Shown piece by piece: positions 50,822 through 63,009 of a DNA stretch of 64,000 bases (the stretch's first letter is position 1; every line of letters starts with the position of its first letter). This DNA is from Felis catus. Lineage: Eukaryota. The notes below the pieces were generated by a model, which was given only the letters and a program-made list of their open reading frames with translations, did not search any database and was not told the DNA's origin. The stretch lies in assembly GCF_018350175.1 (NCBI RefSeq), contig NC_058382.1, positions 15,128,001-15,192,000 on the forward strand. The letters run 5' to 3'. The translations under genes and the position numbers were made by a program.

Positions 50822-51416
50822 CAGGACAATACAAATACATGTGTCATTAAGGTATGCTCTAGGGACCCTCAGGTGACCTAAGCCGAAATCCGCACTTCCA
50901 AAACAGCCAGCATGCGGTGAAAAGTCCGATAGTTACTACAAGAGCTTCAACTATTTACCTTTAAGAAACACAAGAGACTCCATTAATTAGCATGACGAAT
51001 GTTAGAAGTGGGTTTTCATCTGTGTATCCAGTGGCTTATTAATGATTAACTTAGTGGGGGTGCCCTGGCTGGCTCGGTCGGTAGAGCAAAGGACCCTTGA
51101 TCTCAGGGTCATGCGTTCAAGCCCCACGCTGGGCATAGAGTTTACTTAAAAAAAGAAAAGTTAATGTAATGTGTGTAAAAATGGGCTGTTATTGGTGAAA
51201 CTGGTAACATGCAATGTTGGCTCAAATATTTCAGATACTCCCCATTCTTGTTTGGACAGCATGTAAGAATCCAGTGAACCTTCAGGGCGCCTGGGTGGCT
51301 CAGTTGGGTAAGCATCCAACTTCAGCTCAGGTCATGATCTCATGGTTCGTGAGTTCAAGCCCCGCATCCTCAGTGAGGAGCCTGCTTGGGATTCTTTCTG
51401 CCCTTCCCCTGCTTAT

Positions 51417-51470
<54 letters not shown>

Positions 51471-52622
51471 TCAAAATAGAATAAAACTAAAACATTTAAA
51501 ATAATCAAACAAAAAACAATAACAGAATCTACTGAACCTTCATCATTCACCTTCAGGAATGGTGCCCAAGGCATGAATTCTAAATCATCCTGTGATCGCT
51601 CGATGGTTCCAGAAGGACCCTAGTTGCCTGGTTAGCTCTATGGCTAACTGAATGGTCCTCCAGGATGTGGTCAGGTGCCCCTGAAATGAACCTTTCATGA
51701 AAGGTGAGTTCAGAGCACCTAGAAGGATAGCCTGCGGGGACTTCATCAAAATTACATCAGGGGCGCCTGAGTGGCTCAGTCAGTTAAGGGTCCAGCTCTG
51801 GATTTCAGCTCAGGGCATGACCTCATGGGTCGTGGGTTCGAGCCCCACATCAGGCTCTGCGCTGATGGTGCAGAGTCTGCTTGGGAATTCTCTCTCTCAC
51901 CTTCTCGTTGCCCTTCTTCTGCTCGAATTCCCTCTCCCTCTCTCTCTCAAAAATAAATATACATTAAAAAAAACCCACCTTATAGGACAGGTTGCAAAGC
52001 TATTTTTGTTCCTACCTATGAATCATCGGCAGCGACTGCTCTGTCTCTGGCTAGTCCAGACGGGGCAGGTCTCCGCTCTGCTCCCCCGTCGGGGTGGCTT
52101 TCGTTCTCCAGCACACTCGCCTCTAGCTGCTAATCGGTGTAAGCCCAGTATTGTGTTCAGATCTCAGTTCTCCCCGGGGAGGGATCAGTAGCTGCCAGGA
52201 ATTGGAGGTAGGACTTTCCCCTCACACAAGCTCACTACTGGGTAATTTGTTACAAGAAAACCTCTCAGAAGGAATTCTACACGTGGGAGAATATTAAACA
52301 AACAAAACCAAAAACCAAAAAACAAGCCATGCTCTGGGGCGCCTGGGCGGCTCCGTGGTTGAGCGTCTGACTTTGGTTCCTCGTCATCTCACGGTTCATG
52401 GGTGTGAGCCCCGCGTCGGGCTCTGTGCTGACAGCTCAGAGTCGGAGTCTGCTTCGGAATCTGTGTCTCCTTCTCTCTCTCTCCCCTGCTTGCTCTCTCT
52501 CTCAAGGAAACAAACATTTAAAAAATTAAAAAAAAAAAGTAAGCATTTGCCATTTGTTATGTGTGTAACAGATACCTCCTGCACCCGGGAGTGGGGCTTT
52601 TCCTTTTCATGATAGTGTGTTA

Positions 52623-52625
<3 letters not shown>

Positions 52626-52667
<42 letters not shown>
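52626..52667. repeat. (TA)n microsatellite (about 20 units); a similar (CA)/(TA) compound repeat lies at 27253-27335
   Basis: Direct reading. Confidence 0.95.
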
Positions 52668-52670
<3 letters not shown>

Positions 52671-52959
52671 TCTTAATGGCTCACGTGCAACCCTAACTTG
52701 GTGAAGCAAGAACACTTTGCGGGTTATGTAAGGGGTAGAAATGGAGGAAACTAGTACCTGATCTCTTACTCCATAGGGAATTAGTGTCCTGGGCATGGTT
52801 GCAGAAATCATGCCCGGAAAGTTGGAAAGGTTTCTTGCGACAAAGAAAAAGACCGTTGAATTGAAATTAAAACTGGGGAAAAGAGGGGGGCAGAATTTAT
52901 TGGCTCCTTGAATGTAAAATTCTGGCTTCAAGCACATCCGCATTGAGAGACTATGCTCG

Positions 52960-53181
52960 GGGGGCGCCTGGGTGGCTCAGTCGGTTAAGCCTCCGACTTC
53001 AGCTCAGGTCAGGATCTCACGGTCCGTGGGTTCGAGCCCCGCGTCGGGCTCTGGGCTGATGGCCCAGAGCCTGGAGCCTGCTTCCGATTCTGTGTCTCCC
53101 TCTCTCTCTGACCCTCCCCAGTTCATGCTCTGTCTCTCTCCGTCTCAAAAATAAATAAACGTTAAAAAAAAAAAAAAAAGA
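52960..53181 (+). mobile_element. SINEC_Fc with a 14-nt TSD
   Basis: GAGAGACTATGCTC at 52945-52958 and 53182-53195. Confidence 0.92.
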
Positions 53182-55394
53182 GAGAGACTATGCTCACGGA
53201 ATCTTTCTCTCCCTGTTGCCTGGAGGTGCTTTGCTCAGCGCTGTCCTCATTCTCAGGACGGGTCTCAGGACAAAGGTGGCCGAGGTGGAGTCTGGCTGCT
53301 CCGGGTTTCCCTCCCACCAGCTTCGCGGACCCAGAGAAAGAGAAGCCACGTGTCCAGAGTCTCCCAGGAACAGCAGGGGGTGTGGCCAGGGCTGCGCTGC
53401 TCCGATTGGCTGGTTTGGGTCAAACGCCCCTCCCCGGAGCTAGGGGGAGGGGCCAGCCGTCCTGGAGCCACGCGGCTTGAGACTAAAGGACCCTTGGATC
53501 CCCAAAACGTATTGGGGGTGCCGATTCCAGAAAAAAGCGGTGGAGGATACTCGGCTCCCAAAGCAACAGACGTCCAGGACTCTGGCATCAATGCGTTTTT
53601 CTTTCGTTGGCGGGGGAAGGCGTATCTGGGACCCTGGACGTAAGGAGGGAGATGGAGAATCAAGCGAACTCTTGTTCGTGGGATGTGATCAGAGCCTTGC
53701 ACCAGGGCAGGCAGCCGGCAGGGAGCTAGGAAGAGCTGTGGCCAGCGGGGACCTGCGGGGACCTGCGGACGGAGGCCAGGAGGGGCCGGGCAGGTGGCGA
53801 ACGGTCTGTGATCTGACAGGCAGTCTCCACAGGCAGTTTCCTGCTCACTGCCAGGTGTCAGGTTTTAGTCAATGCTTCCTCCTACTGTTAGTAGTAGTAC
53901 TTGGGGGGCAAACAGGGGAAAGGGCTGTGACCTCTCAGTGGGAATGGGGGCCTCAGATGCACTGGGAACAGCTGTTTCCTGAGCATCCACGTGTCAGGTG
54001 CTGCTCTGAACATGTCCCGCGGGTTCACTCATTTGCTTCTCACGACAACCCTCTGACGTTGGTCCTATTATTATCGTTCCTGTTGTAGACATGAGGAAAC
54101 TGAGGCACAGAGAGATTAAGTGACTTGCCCAAGACACACAGTGGCATGAACCCCAGCCCCTTGGCTCTTAACCCTGGCAGGTGTTCCAAACCACTGTCAC
54201 CTGCCTCACATGGCGGGGGGGGGGGGTGGGGTGGGGGGGGGAGGGGGTGGCCTTGGCAATTCTACAGGACGGTACCCTGTTTTATGATCTCTTTTTGGTG
54301 GCCACACAGCCAGGGGCTCAGACAGTGTCTTTCGGTCCATTCGGAAGGAAGAATGCCTGAGGACTCAGGGACATCTCTTGCCACAGGAGTGACAGTGCAG
54401 GGGACCCCCGCTGGGGGTAAAAGTCTGCTAGGACCTAGACTGGTGAGTTTGTGGCCTCTCAGAACCAATTTCTATCACTTCTTCCAAAGGCTCCAGCTTC
54501 CTTTTGGGGAAATATCGCTCCACTGGACCCTGAGCAGCGCGTGGGTAGGGTGGGGTGTCACTGGTCACGGTCACGGTGGGCCCACCTCCCGACCCGGGGC
54601 AGGTAGGTGCAGAGTGGGCCCTCCACAGTTAGCCCTGTGTGGGGCAAACAGGCCGAGGTCTGCCGTGTCGGGGAAGGGGGAGACAGGGTCCTGGTGGCCC
54701 AGGAGGAGCGAGCCAGAGGGGACCTGGGGTCCACCGTGGGTGACTGGAGAAGCTACAGGGGCAGAGAAAAGGGTGGTGAGGGACGGACTGGGAGGCATGC
54801 ACCAGACAGAAGGTACAGAGAGAACGAGACACCCCCAAAGAGATACGGAGAGAGGGATGGAGACAGAGGGAGATACAGACAGAGACACAGATATAGTGAC
54901 AAACACCAAAACAGAGCTAAAAACAACAACAGCGAAAATAAAAGCAGAGGAAGACAAAAGGAGACAACAGAGATGGACAGAGACAGAGACAGTGAGGCCG
55001 AGACAGAGAAGAGAGACACCACGGCAGAGAGAGAAGCCGTCTGATGGAGAGACGAGGAGAGAGATGGAGACACGCAGGATAAACACGCCGCCCTCCTCAC
55101 CCCTGCGGCCCCAGCTCCACAGAGGGAGAGGCAGGGACGAGATGGCAGAAACACACCCCCACACTGACCTCCTTCCAGGACTCTCTGTCCCTCTCAGCTC
55201 TGCCCGCCTTCCCTCCTGCTGTTGGCCAAGCCCATTAAGTTTCTGGCCCAGCCACAACTGAAGGCCCCACGCCCTGGGGAGGAAACCACAGAAGAGGCGT
55301 CCCCGCTGCCTAGCACCCCAAACCATCAATTAGTATTAACAAGGGAAGACTCCTCGCTGCCTAAAGACCCCCATCGGAGCTCTGATGGAGGGGA

Positions 55395-55430
55395 GGCCCC
55401 ACCCCCATGACTCAGGAGGTTAAAGGGCCC
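55395..55430 (+). promoter_or_regulatory. CAPN12 proximal promoter (CACCC box, AP-1, TATA-like TTAAAG)
   Basis: CCCCACCCC at about 55397-55405, TGACTCA at 55408-55414, TTAAAG at about 55420, roughly 40 nt before the ATG at 55462. Confidence 0.5.
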
Positions 55431-55461
55431 GGGGGCCAGCCTGGGAGCCCAGAGTGTCCCG

Positions 55462-58400
55462 ATGGCGTGTGGCAGCAGGAGGGTCACTATCCAGCTGGTG
55501 GACGAGGAGGCAGGGCCTGGAACCAGGGGCCCGAAGCCCTTTCGGGGCCAGAGATACGAGGCAATCCGAGCAGCCTGCCTGGATGAGGGAATCCTGTTCT
55601 GCGATCCTTACTTCCCTGCTGGCCCCGATGCCCTTGGCTACGATGAGCTGGGGCCGGACTCGGAGAAGGCCAAAGGGGTGGAATGGCTGAGGCCCCATGT
55701 AATGTGTGGCTGGGGGCTGNNNNNNNNNNNNNNNNNNNNNNNNNNNNNNNNNNNNNNNNNNNNNNNNNNNNNNNNNNNNNNNNNNNNNNNNNNNNNNNNN
55801 NNNNNNNNNNNNNNNNNNNNNNNNNNNNNNNNNNNNNNNNNNNNNNNNNNCTGGGTCTGAGGGAGGGGGAGACTGGGAGCCCTGGATACGAGGAGGAGGG
55901 CTGGCTGTTGTGACTCCTGGGTCTGGCGAGGCCCAGGGAAGCCGAATCCCTGTCCACGGGCTTTACAAGCCTCTCCCGGGGTTGGAGGCGCTCACTGCCC
56001 TGGAGCAGTGAGGGCAGGAGGGGACCCAGGCATCGGACCTCTCAGTTGCTCCTTCCCTCCCTTTCCTGGCTGAGGCCTGGAATCCCCCAACCACCCCCCC
56101 CCCAGGAGTTTTGCGCCGAGCCCCAGTTCATCTGTGAGGATATGAGCCGAACAGACGTGTGTCAGGGGCGTCTAGGTAAGACCACCGAACGCTCCGGGGC
56201 CCCCAGAGCTGGCAAGTTGCAGCTGGGACCCTGCCGGCTCGGCCCCTAGGTCTCCCCCTCAGTCTCCCTCTTTCCAGGCGCCCCCAGTCCTCATCTCTCC
56301 CCCCAGGTAACTGCTGGTTTCTTGCGGCCGCTGCCTCCCTCACTCTGTATCCCCGACTCCTGTGCCGGGTGGTGCCCCCTGGACAGGGGTTCCAAGGGGG
56401 CTACGCGGGTGTCTTCCACTTCCAGGTAGAGCTCAGGACCTCTGTTCATGCCTCAGTCTCCCCCACGGTGACATGGATGTCACCGTTGACACTGTCCCCT
56501 TGGGGCTGTAATTCATGGGCCGGTGCGGCAGGGCTTGGGGTCGGAGGATGGGGTCCTTGGAAGCCTGGACCCTGCCCTTCTCGCACCAGCTCTGGCAGTT
56601 TGGCCGCTGGGTGGACGTCGTGGTGGACGACAGGCTGCCGGTGCGTGACGGGAAGCTGATGTTCGTGCGCTCGGATCAGCGGAACGAGTTCTGGGCCCCG
56701 CTCCTGGAAAAGGCCTATGCCAAGTAAGGACCCAGCACACGTCCCGGCCGGCAGGCCCCACCCCACAAGGGGTCCCCGGAGGCGGACGGCTGGGACCCTC
56801 TACTCAGCCCGCCAAGGGTCCCCAACCACGTCACGGCTCCCAGGCCCCTGAGGTCACACCATCCCCTGAGGGCCTCCAAATTATCAATACCTCCCTCTAT
56901 CCACATTTCACACAAAACGTTCCTAGAGACCCACCAACACTCGCAATTCCTCAGGAGCCTGAAATCTCCTCTCTCGGGCCCTGGAGCCACCAGAGCTAAG
57001 ATCTCCCCCCTTGGGGGACCTGAGAATCCAGAAAAAAATCTCTCCTCCCATACTGGGAAGCCCAAAGCACCTCCCAAATATTGAGTGGAGTCCATGGAAC
57101 CCTCGATCTTTGCTTTTCTCCACCCTGTGGCTCTGAAATCCCCCACAAGCCCCATAGAGATCACCCCCAACGCAGACATCTCCCGGAGACTCAGAGTTTC
57201 AGACACGGCTCCCGGGATGCCCAGAATTCTGGCAGAGCTCTCCTGTGATCTCCCACATCACACAGTCCTGTGGCCCAGGGACCACAGGTCCAATCTCCAA
57301 GGGCTTCCAGACTGTGCCACAGTCCCCTACCCACCTTGGGAGTCTGCAGATGTCAGGGTTGGCCCCCTGGACCCGCACACCCCAGGGGACCCCAGGTCCC
57401 GGGGCGGGGACGGTGCGTGAGATGCTCATACACGTCCGAGACGTTCCCACCCCGGACCTGCCCCCACAGGCTCCACGGCTCCTATGAGGTGATGCGAGGC
57501 GGCCACATGAATGAGGCCTTCGTGGACTTCACAGGCGGCGTGGGCGAGGTACTCTACCTGAGGCGAGACACCCCAGGCCTCTTCTCCGCCCTGCGCCATG
57601 CCTTGGCCAAGGAGTCCCTCGTGGGCGCCACTGCCCTGGTGAGAGAGTCAGACCCCCATGGGGACCCCCATCAGGACCAGGGCACAGTCAGGGCTTGAGA
57701 GGGGTGGGGGGGTGTGGACTCCTGTGCCTTCTTCTCTGTTCTGTTCACTGTTGGCTGGTCTTTCTCACCCATCCAACTCCGGCAAGTCAAAAGGAAATGT
57801 ATTTGCTCTCATAGCCAAACGGGCTTCAGGCACAGCTGAATCCAGGTGCTCATCCAGTGGATGTTGAGAATGTGTTTTTCTATTCCTGGTTCCGGATTAG
57901 TTTCATTCCTGGGCGGGCATTCCTCTCATGGGCTCCAAAGGGCTCCCACAACTGCGGGTCCCTCCTGCCACCCCAGCGGTTTTTATTATTATTTAAATGG
58001 TTTAAAAAAAATTTTTTTAAATGTTTATTTATTTTTGAGACAGAGAGAGGCAGAGTATGAACAGGGGAGGGTCAGAGAGAGAGGGAGACACAGAATCTGA
58101 AACAGGCTCCAGGCTCTGAGCTGACAGCACAGAGCCCGACGTGGGGCCCGAACTCATGGACCGCGAGATCATGACCTGAGCTGAAGTCGGAGGCCTAACC
58201 GACTGAGCCACCCAGGCGCCCGCCCCCGCCCCCACTTTTTTTAAGGCAAAGCCTCTTTCTGAGAATTTCAGCGAAAGTCTTAGGATTGACTTTCATGGGC
58301 TCAGCTTGAGTCATACGTTCATCTGTGACCCCATCACATCGTCATTCGCTGAATTGGTCTAATTCCTTCACTCATTCATTTGCTTAATCCTGTGCTGAGT

Positions 58401-61400
58401 TACTGATTCCCGGTCCTTTGGGTTTCTCTGCCTCTTTCAGTCTCTGGCCTGCATCTTTCTCTCTGTCTACGTCTCTGTCCTCTCCAAGTATTTTTGTCTC
58501 ATCTTCCTCTTCCTCTCTCTTCTTCCCCTCTCGCCTTCACTCCCCCATCCGACGCCCTCTCGGAGCTCTGGTTGACTCCTGCTGTGGGGGCAGGAGAAGG
58601 GGGCAGGGGGGGGCAGAGAGGAGCAGCCACTCTCTTGTCCCCCCACCGTGGCCTCAGCATCCCCTGTCCTCCGCCCAGAGCGATCGGGGCGAGTACCGCA
58701 CCGAAGACGGGCTGGTGAAGGGACACGCGTATTCAGTCACGGGCACATACAAGGTGAGTATCCCCCGCGAACGGGCTACGGGGGTGCCTCGGCGCCACCG
58801 CCCACGGATGATGCCGTCCTCAGGTGTCCCTGGGCTTCACCAAGGTGCGGCTGCTGCGGCTGCGGAACCCATGGGGCCGCGTGGAGTGGACCGGGGCCTG
58901 GAGCGACAGGTGGGATGGATCCGGGGTGGGGGGGGGGGCTCGGACCCGCCCGCCCTCCCCTCACACCCCAGTCTCCCTAGCTGCCCACGCTGGGACGCGC
59001 TCCCCGCCGAGTGCCGAGACGCCCTGCTGGTCAAAAAGGAGGATGGCGAGTTCTGGTGAGGAGCCCAGCCCAGCCCGGCCTCTGGACCAGCGCCAGGCCG
59101 ACGGGGCTCAGGGAGGGGGCGAAGCCTGCTGGAAGGGACATGGGACTCGTTCACAGGGACGAGTCTTAACAGCTAGAAACTGTCCATATGGTGGTAACTT
59201 CGGGGTTGGGTTCTATCTGGGGGAGTCGAGGAAGAATTCGCAGTAATATTAGGGGAACTGGGAAGAGCAGTGATCTTTGGAGGGCTGAAGGGGGCTGGCT
59301 AACATTTAGGGCCATTGTAGGAGGCTTGCTGGTGTCGGGGGCATTTTAAGGGGCTTAAGGATACCAGCTGCTGAGAGCCCGAGGGTCTTGATGTTTGGGG
59401 GCTGAAGGCAGTTTGGCAATCTCGGGGAGGAGTGTATGGAGCTCGGTTGTCTGTGGGGCATGGCTGGGGACTTGGAGAGATCCGGGGGAGCTGGGGGGCT
59501 CAGCGATCTGGGGTCCCTTCCGGAGACGCGGTACCATCTGGTGGACTGATGGGTACTTGGCGATGTTTGAGGAATCGGGGAGGGTTGTGGTTGGGGGGGG
59601 GGTCATCCTGGGGTCTTTGGCAGACGGGGGCCCCGGGGAGGTGGCGGCTGGGGAGGACCTGAGCGCTGGCCACCCGGCAGGATGGGGCTGGAGGACTTCG
59701 TCCGATGCTTCAACACCGTCCAGGTCTGCTCGCTGAGCCCTGAGGTGCTGGGCCCCAGCCCAGCGGGGGGTGGCTGGCACATCCACACTTTCCAAGGCCG
59801 CTGGGTGCGGGGCTTCAACTCTGGCGGGAGCCAGCCTGGCAACGGTGAGGCCTGGAGGGCGCCCCAAGAAGCGAGCAAGGCGGGGGGGGGGTGAGGGCTG
59901 TGGCAGGCTGGGTGACCCCCTCTCTCTCCCGTCCGCTAGAGACCTTCTGGACCAACCCCCAGTTCCGACTGACGCTGCTGGAGCCCGATGAGGAAGAGGA
60001 CGATGATGAGGAGGGGCCCTGGGGGGGCTGGGGGGCGGCAGGAGCGTGGGGCCCCGCGAGGGGTGGCCGCATCCCCAAGTGCACCGTCCTTCTGTCACTC
60101 ATCCAGCGCAACCGCAGGCGCCTGAGGGCCCAGGGCCTCACTTACCTCACCGTGGGTTTCCACGTGTTCCAGGTGGGACCCCAAGGCTTAGCGGAAGCAG
60201 CAGGGGACAGGCGTGGAGGGGCTGGGAAGGCCGAAGGGGTGGAGGTCAGAGACAGGACAGAGCCGAGGGCATGGGGGTGGGGGGTGGGGAATGAGGGGCA
60301 GGGAAGGTCGCCGAGGGCGCAGACAGGAGCTGGGTCCAGCGGGGGTCGCAGATGGGCTGGTCGGGGCAGGGACTGAGGGGCAGGGGCGTGATGATGGGGG
60401 AATGGGAAGAAGAGGGAGGTGTGGGGGGCTCTGACTCGCCCCGTTCTTCCTCCTTACAGATCCCCGAGGAGGTGGGTCGCGGCGGGGACCCCCAGATCCC
60501 GGCCCCGGGGGCTCGGGCACCCGGCGCCAGGGCGGCGGGCGGACAGCGTGACCGCGGGCGGCCCGGGTCACGGTCACGATCGCGCCGCCTTGGCCCCGCA
60601 GCTGCTGGGCCTGTGGGACTCCCCGCGCAGCCGCGCGCTCCTGCCCGGCCTGCTGCGCGCCGACCGCTCGCCCTTCTGCGCCCGCCGCGACGTGAGCCGC
60701 CGCTGCCGCCTGCGCCCCGGCCACTACCTGGTGGTGCCCAGCGCCGCCCGCGCCGGCGACGAGGCCGACTTCACGCTGCGCGTCTTCTCCGAGCGCCGCC
60801 ACACCGCCGTGTGAGCCGGGGCACCCGGACCCGCCCTCGGGAGCCCCAGGGCCCCGCTTCCCGGGACCCCCGCGGGGATCTGCTCGGGGCCCCAGACGCT
60901 GGGGGGAGCGCGTCCCCTCCCCCACTTCCCTTGTGTCATTTGCAGGGAGATCGATGACGTCATCAGCGCCGACCTGCACGCCCTCCTGGTGAGGGGCTGC
61001 AGGGGATGGGCACTGCGGGGCAGGACCGGGTGGGGGTCCTCTGGGCCGGCACTAAACTCCAGCCACCCCCGCCCTGCCCCACAGGTCCCCTACGTTCCCC
61101 TGGAGCTGGGGCTGGAGCAGCTATTTCAGGAGCTGGCCGGAGAGGTGAGGATGGGGGGACCGGGCAGAGGGAGTCCACCCCTCCCCTTGGACACCGACCC
61201 CCCCCACCCCCCACCATCCTGGGTGTCTCATTTTGCTTTAGTTTCTCCGTCCCTCTGCGCTTAAATCTCCCGACTTTCTGCTCTCAAAATGCTCACAGCT
61301 CTTCCCTGCCTCAGGGCCTTTGCTCAGTCTGTGTACCTTTGCCTGGATGGCCCTCTCTCCCTTCACACCCCCTGCCTCGGCTAAAGCCTCATCTTTCTAA

Positions 61401-63009
61401 CATGCCCTTCTCTGGAAGCTCTCCCACACTCTCCCCCCGGGGCTGGTCAACTGCGGGCCTGCTGTGGACTCCAGGGGCCCAGTGCTTCTCCACTGCAGCC
61501 CTGTCTGCTCTGGGGACAGGTCTCTAGCTCTCCCTGGACCATGAGCTCTCTGTCACTGCGGTGTCCCCAGGATCACCCAGCATGCTAATTTGGCCAGCCC
61601 CCAGCTGTGCTGTGTTGTCGAATGGCCTCACACCTTCTCTCTCCTTGAGCAGGAGGAAGCACTCAGCGCCCCTCAGCTCCAGACCTTATTAAGCATCGCC
61701 CTGGAGCCTGGTGAGTTGGGGACCGGGGTGGACCCCACGGACCCCCCATGTGTGTTAATTCATGATGCTGCTGGGAGTCAGGTCACGGGAGCCCTGGACT
61801 CAGCCTGACAGCGTCTTCCCACGTGTGGGGCCTGTGGCAGGACTGAGGCCACCCCGCTCAAAAGGACCCCCTTTCTCGAAGGGAGGCAGGGGGCGTTGCT
61901 GCCACGAGGGGACTTGGAATCCCCTTGCCTGGGTTCACATGTCGGCTCTGCCAGTTCCCGGCGGTCACTTGGCTCTCTGAGCCTCAGTTGCTGGCGTGAG
62001 GACAGCGGTAGGGGATAGCGGCAGTCCCCAGCACTCGTGATGACGGCCAGCTCACAGGAAGTACTCGGCTTCGTTTGTTTCCTGCAGCCAGGTCCCACGC
62101 CCGGACCCCTCGAGAGATTGGGCTCAGGACCTGTGAGCAGCTGCTGCGGTGTTTTGGGGTATATGAGGGGGGCAGTGCCTGGACAGGGAGGATGGGCATG
62201 CTGGGGCCCGTGTCCCCCTCCTGGGGACAATGACTTTAACCAGATGCCCCATCCCCAGAACGGGCAAAGCCTCACCCTGCACCACTTCCAGCAGCTCTGG
62301 GGCCATCTCCTGGAGTGGCAGGTAAGGGGGGGGGTGGGGGAGCCACCTCCTCCCGGAAGGTAAGGCACTTTCACTAACGAGGACATAGGTGCCCTGTGGG
62401 CTCGCGGGGCCCCAGGGGAGGAGAAAGTGGACCACGTCATACCAACGTGGAGGGACGACTTGGAGGGATCTGGGCTTGTCCCACCTGCCCTTCTGTGGTC
62501 CCTCCAGGGGCACTAAGTGGCTCAGGGGTGGAAAACACAGGCTCTGGTCCTGGTTTGAAATCCCGGCTCCCAGGTCGGCCCCCCTCTGGCCTTGCGACCT
62601 TAGGCAAGTCACCTCCCCTTGAGGGGCCTTTGTCTACCAGCGGGAGGTGTTAATTCCCGCCTCTCCGGCCCGGAGGAGGGAGTGGTCCAGGGCCTCCCTG
62701 TGCCGAGCCCTCTCGAAGCCCCTGGTGGGTGGAATCCGTCCGGCTGTTACTAGTATTCCCATTTCACAGACTGGGAAACGGGCTCAAAGTGGTAGAGCTG
62801 CCTGCCCAGGGCCCGAAGCCAGGAAGAAAGGGAGCTGGGTGGGAACCCAGGCTGACTGGCCTCCAAGGTCCCCTTTTCAGGGGGCTTGGGGGGCTCGGGG
62901 GGTGGGACTGACCCGTGCCTCCCCGCCCAGGCCACATTTGACAAGTTCGACGAGGACGCCTCTGGAACCATGAACTCGTACGAGCTGAGGCTGGCGCTGA
63001 ATGCGGCAG
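55462..63009 (+). CDS. CAPN12: Calpain-12, first 18 coding exons (CysPc, CBSW/C2-like, start of PEF domain); 3' exons lie beyond the window
   Basis: Exons 55462-55698, 56106-56175, 56307-56425, 56590-56723, 57470-57638, 58679-58753, 58824-58909, 58981-59055, 59681-59844, 59940-60172, 60460-60471, 60602-60810, 60946-60988, 61085-61144, 61653-61710, 62088-62158, 62259-62321, 62931-63009, all GT-AG and in frame. Catalytic triad intact: QGRLGNCWF, GHAY, RNPWG; EF-hand [13 protein letters not shown]. Confidence 0.97.

Noticed and set aside
54125-55329. 378-aa and 252-aa ORFs upstream of CAPN12
   Set aside because: They run through a MIR relic and a GA-rich low-complexity tract (about 54820-55075), with no domain-like content or credible start.
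2930-58221. Recurrent tRNA-like A/B boxes and repeated ORFs such as 'AQVMISRFVSSSP'
   Set aside because: These are tRNA-derived CanSINE heads, not tRNA genes or a protein family.
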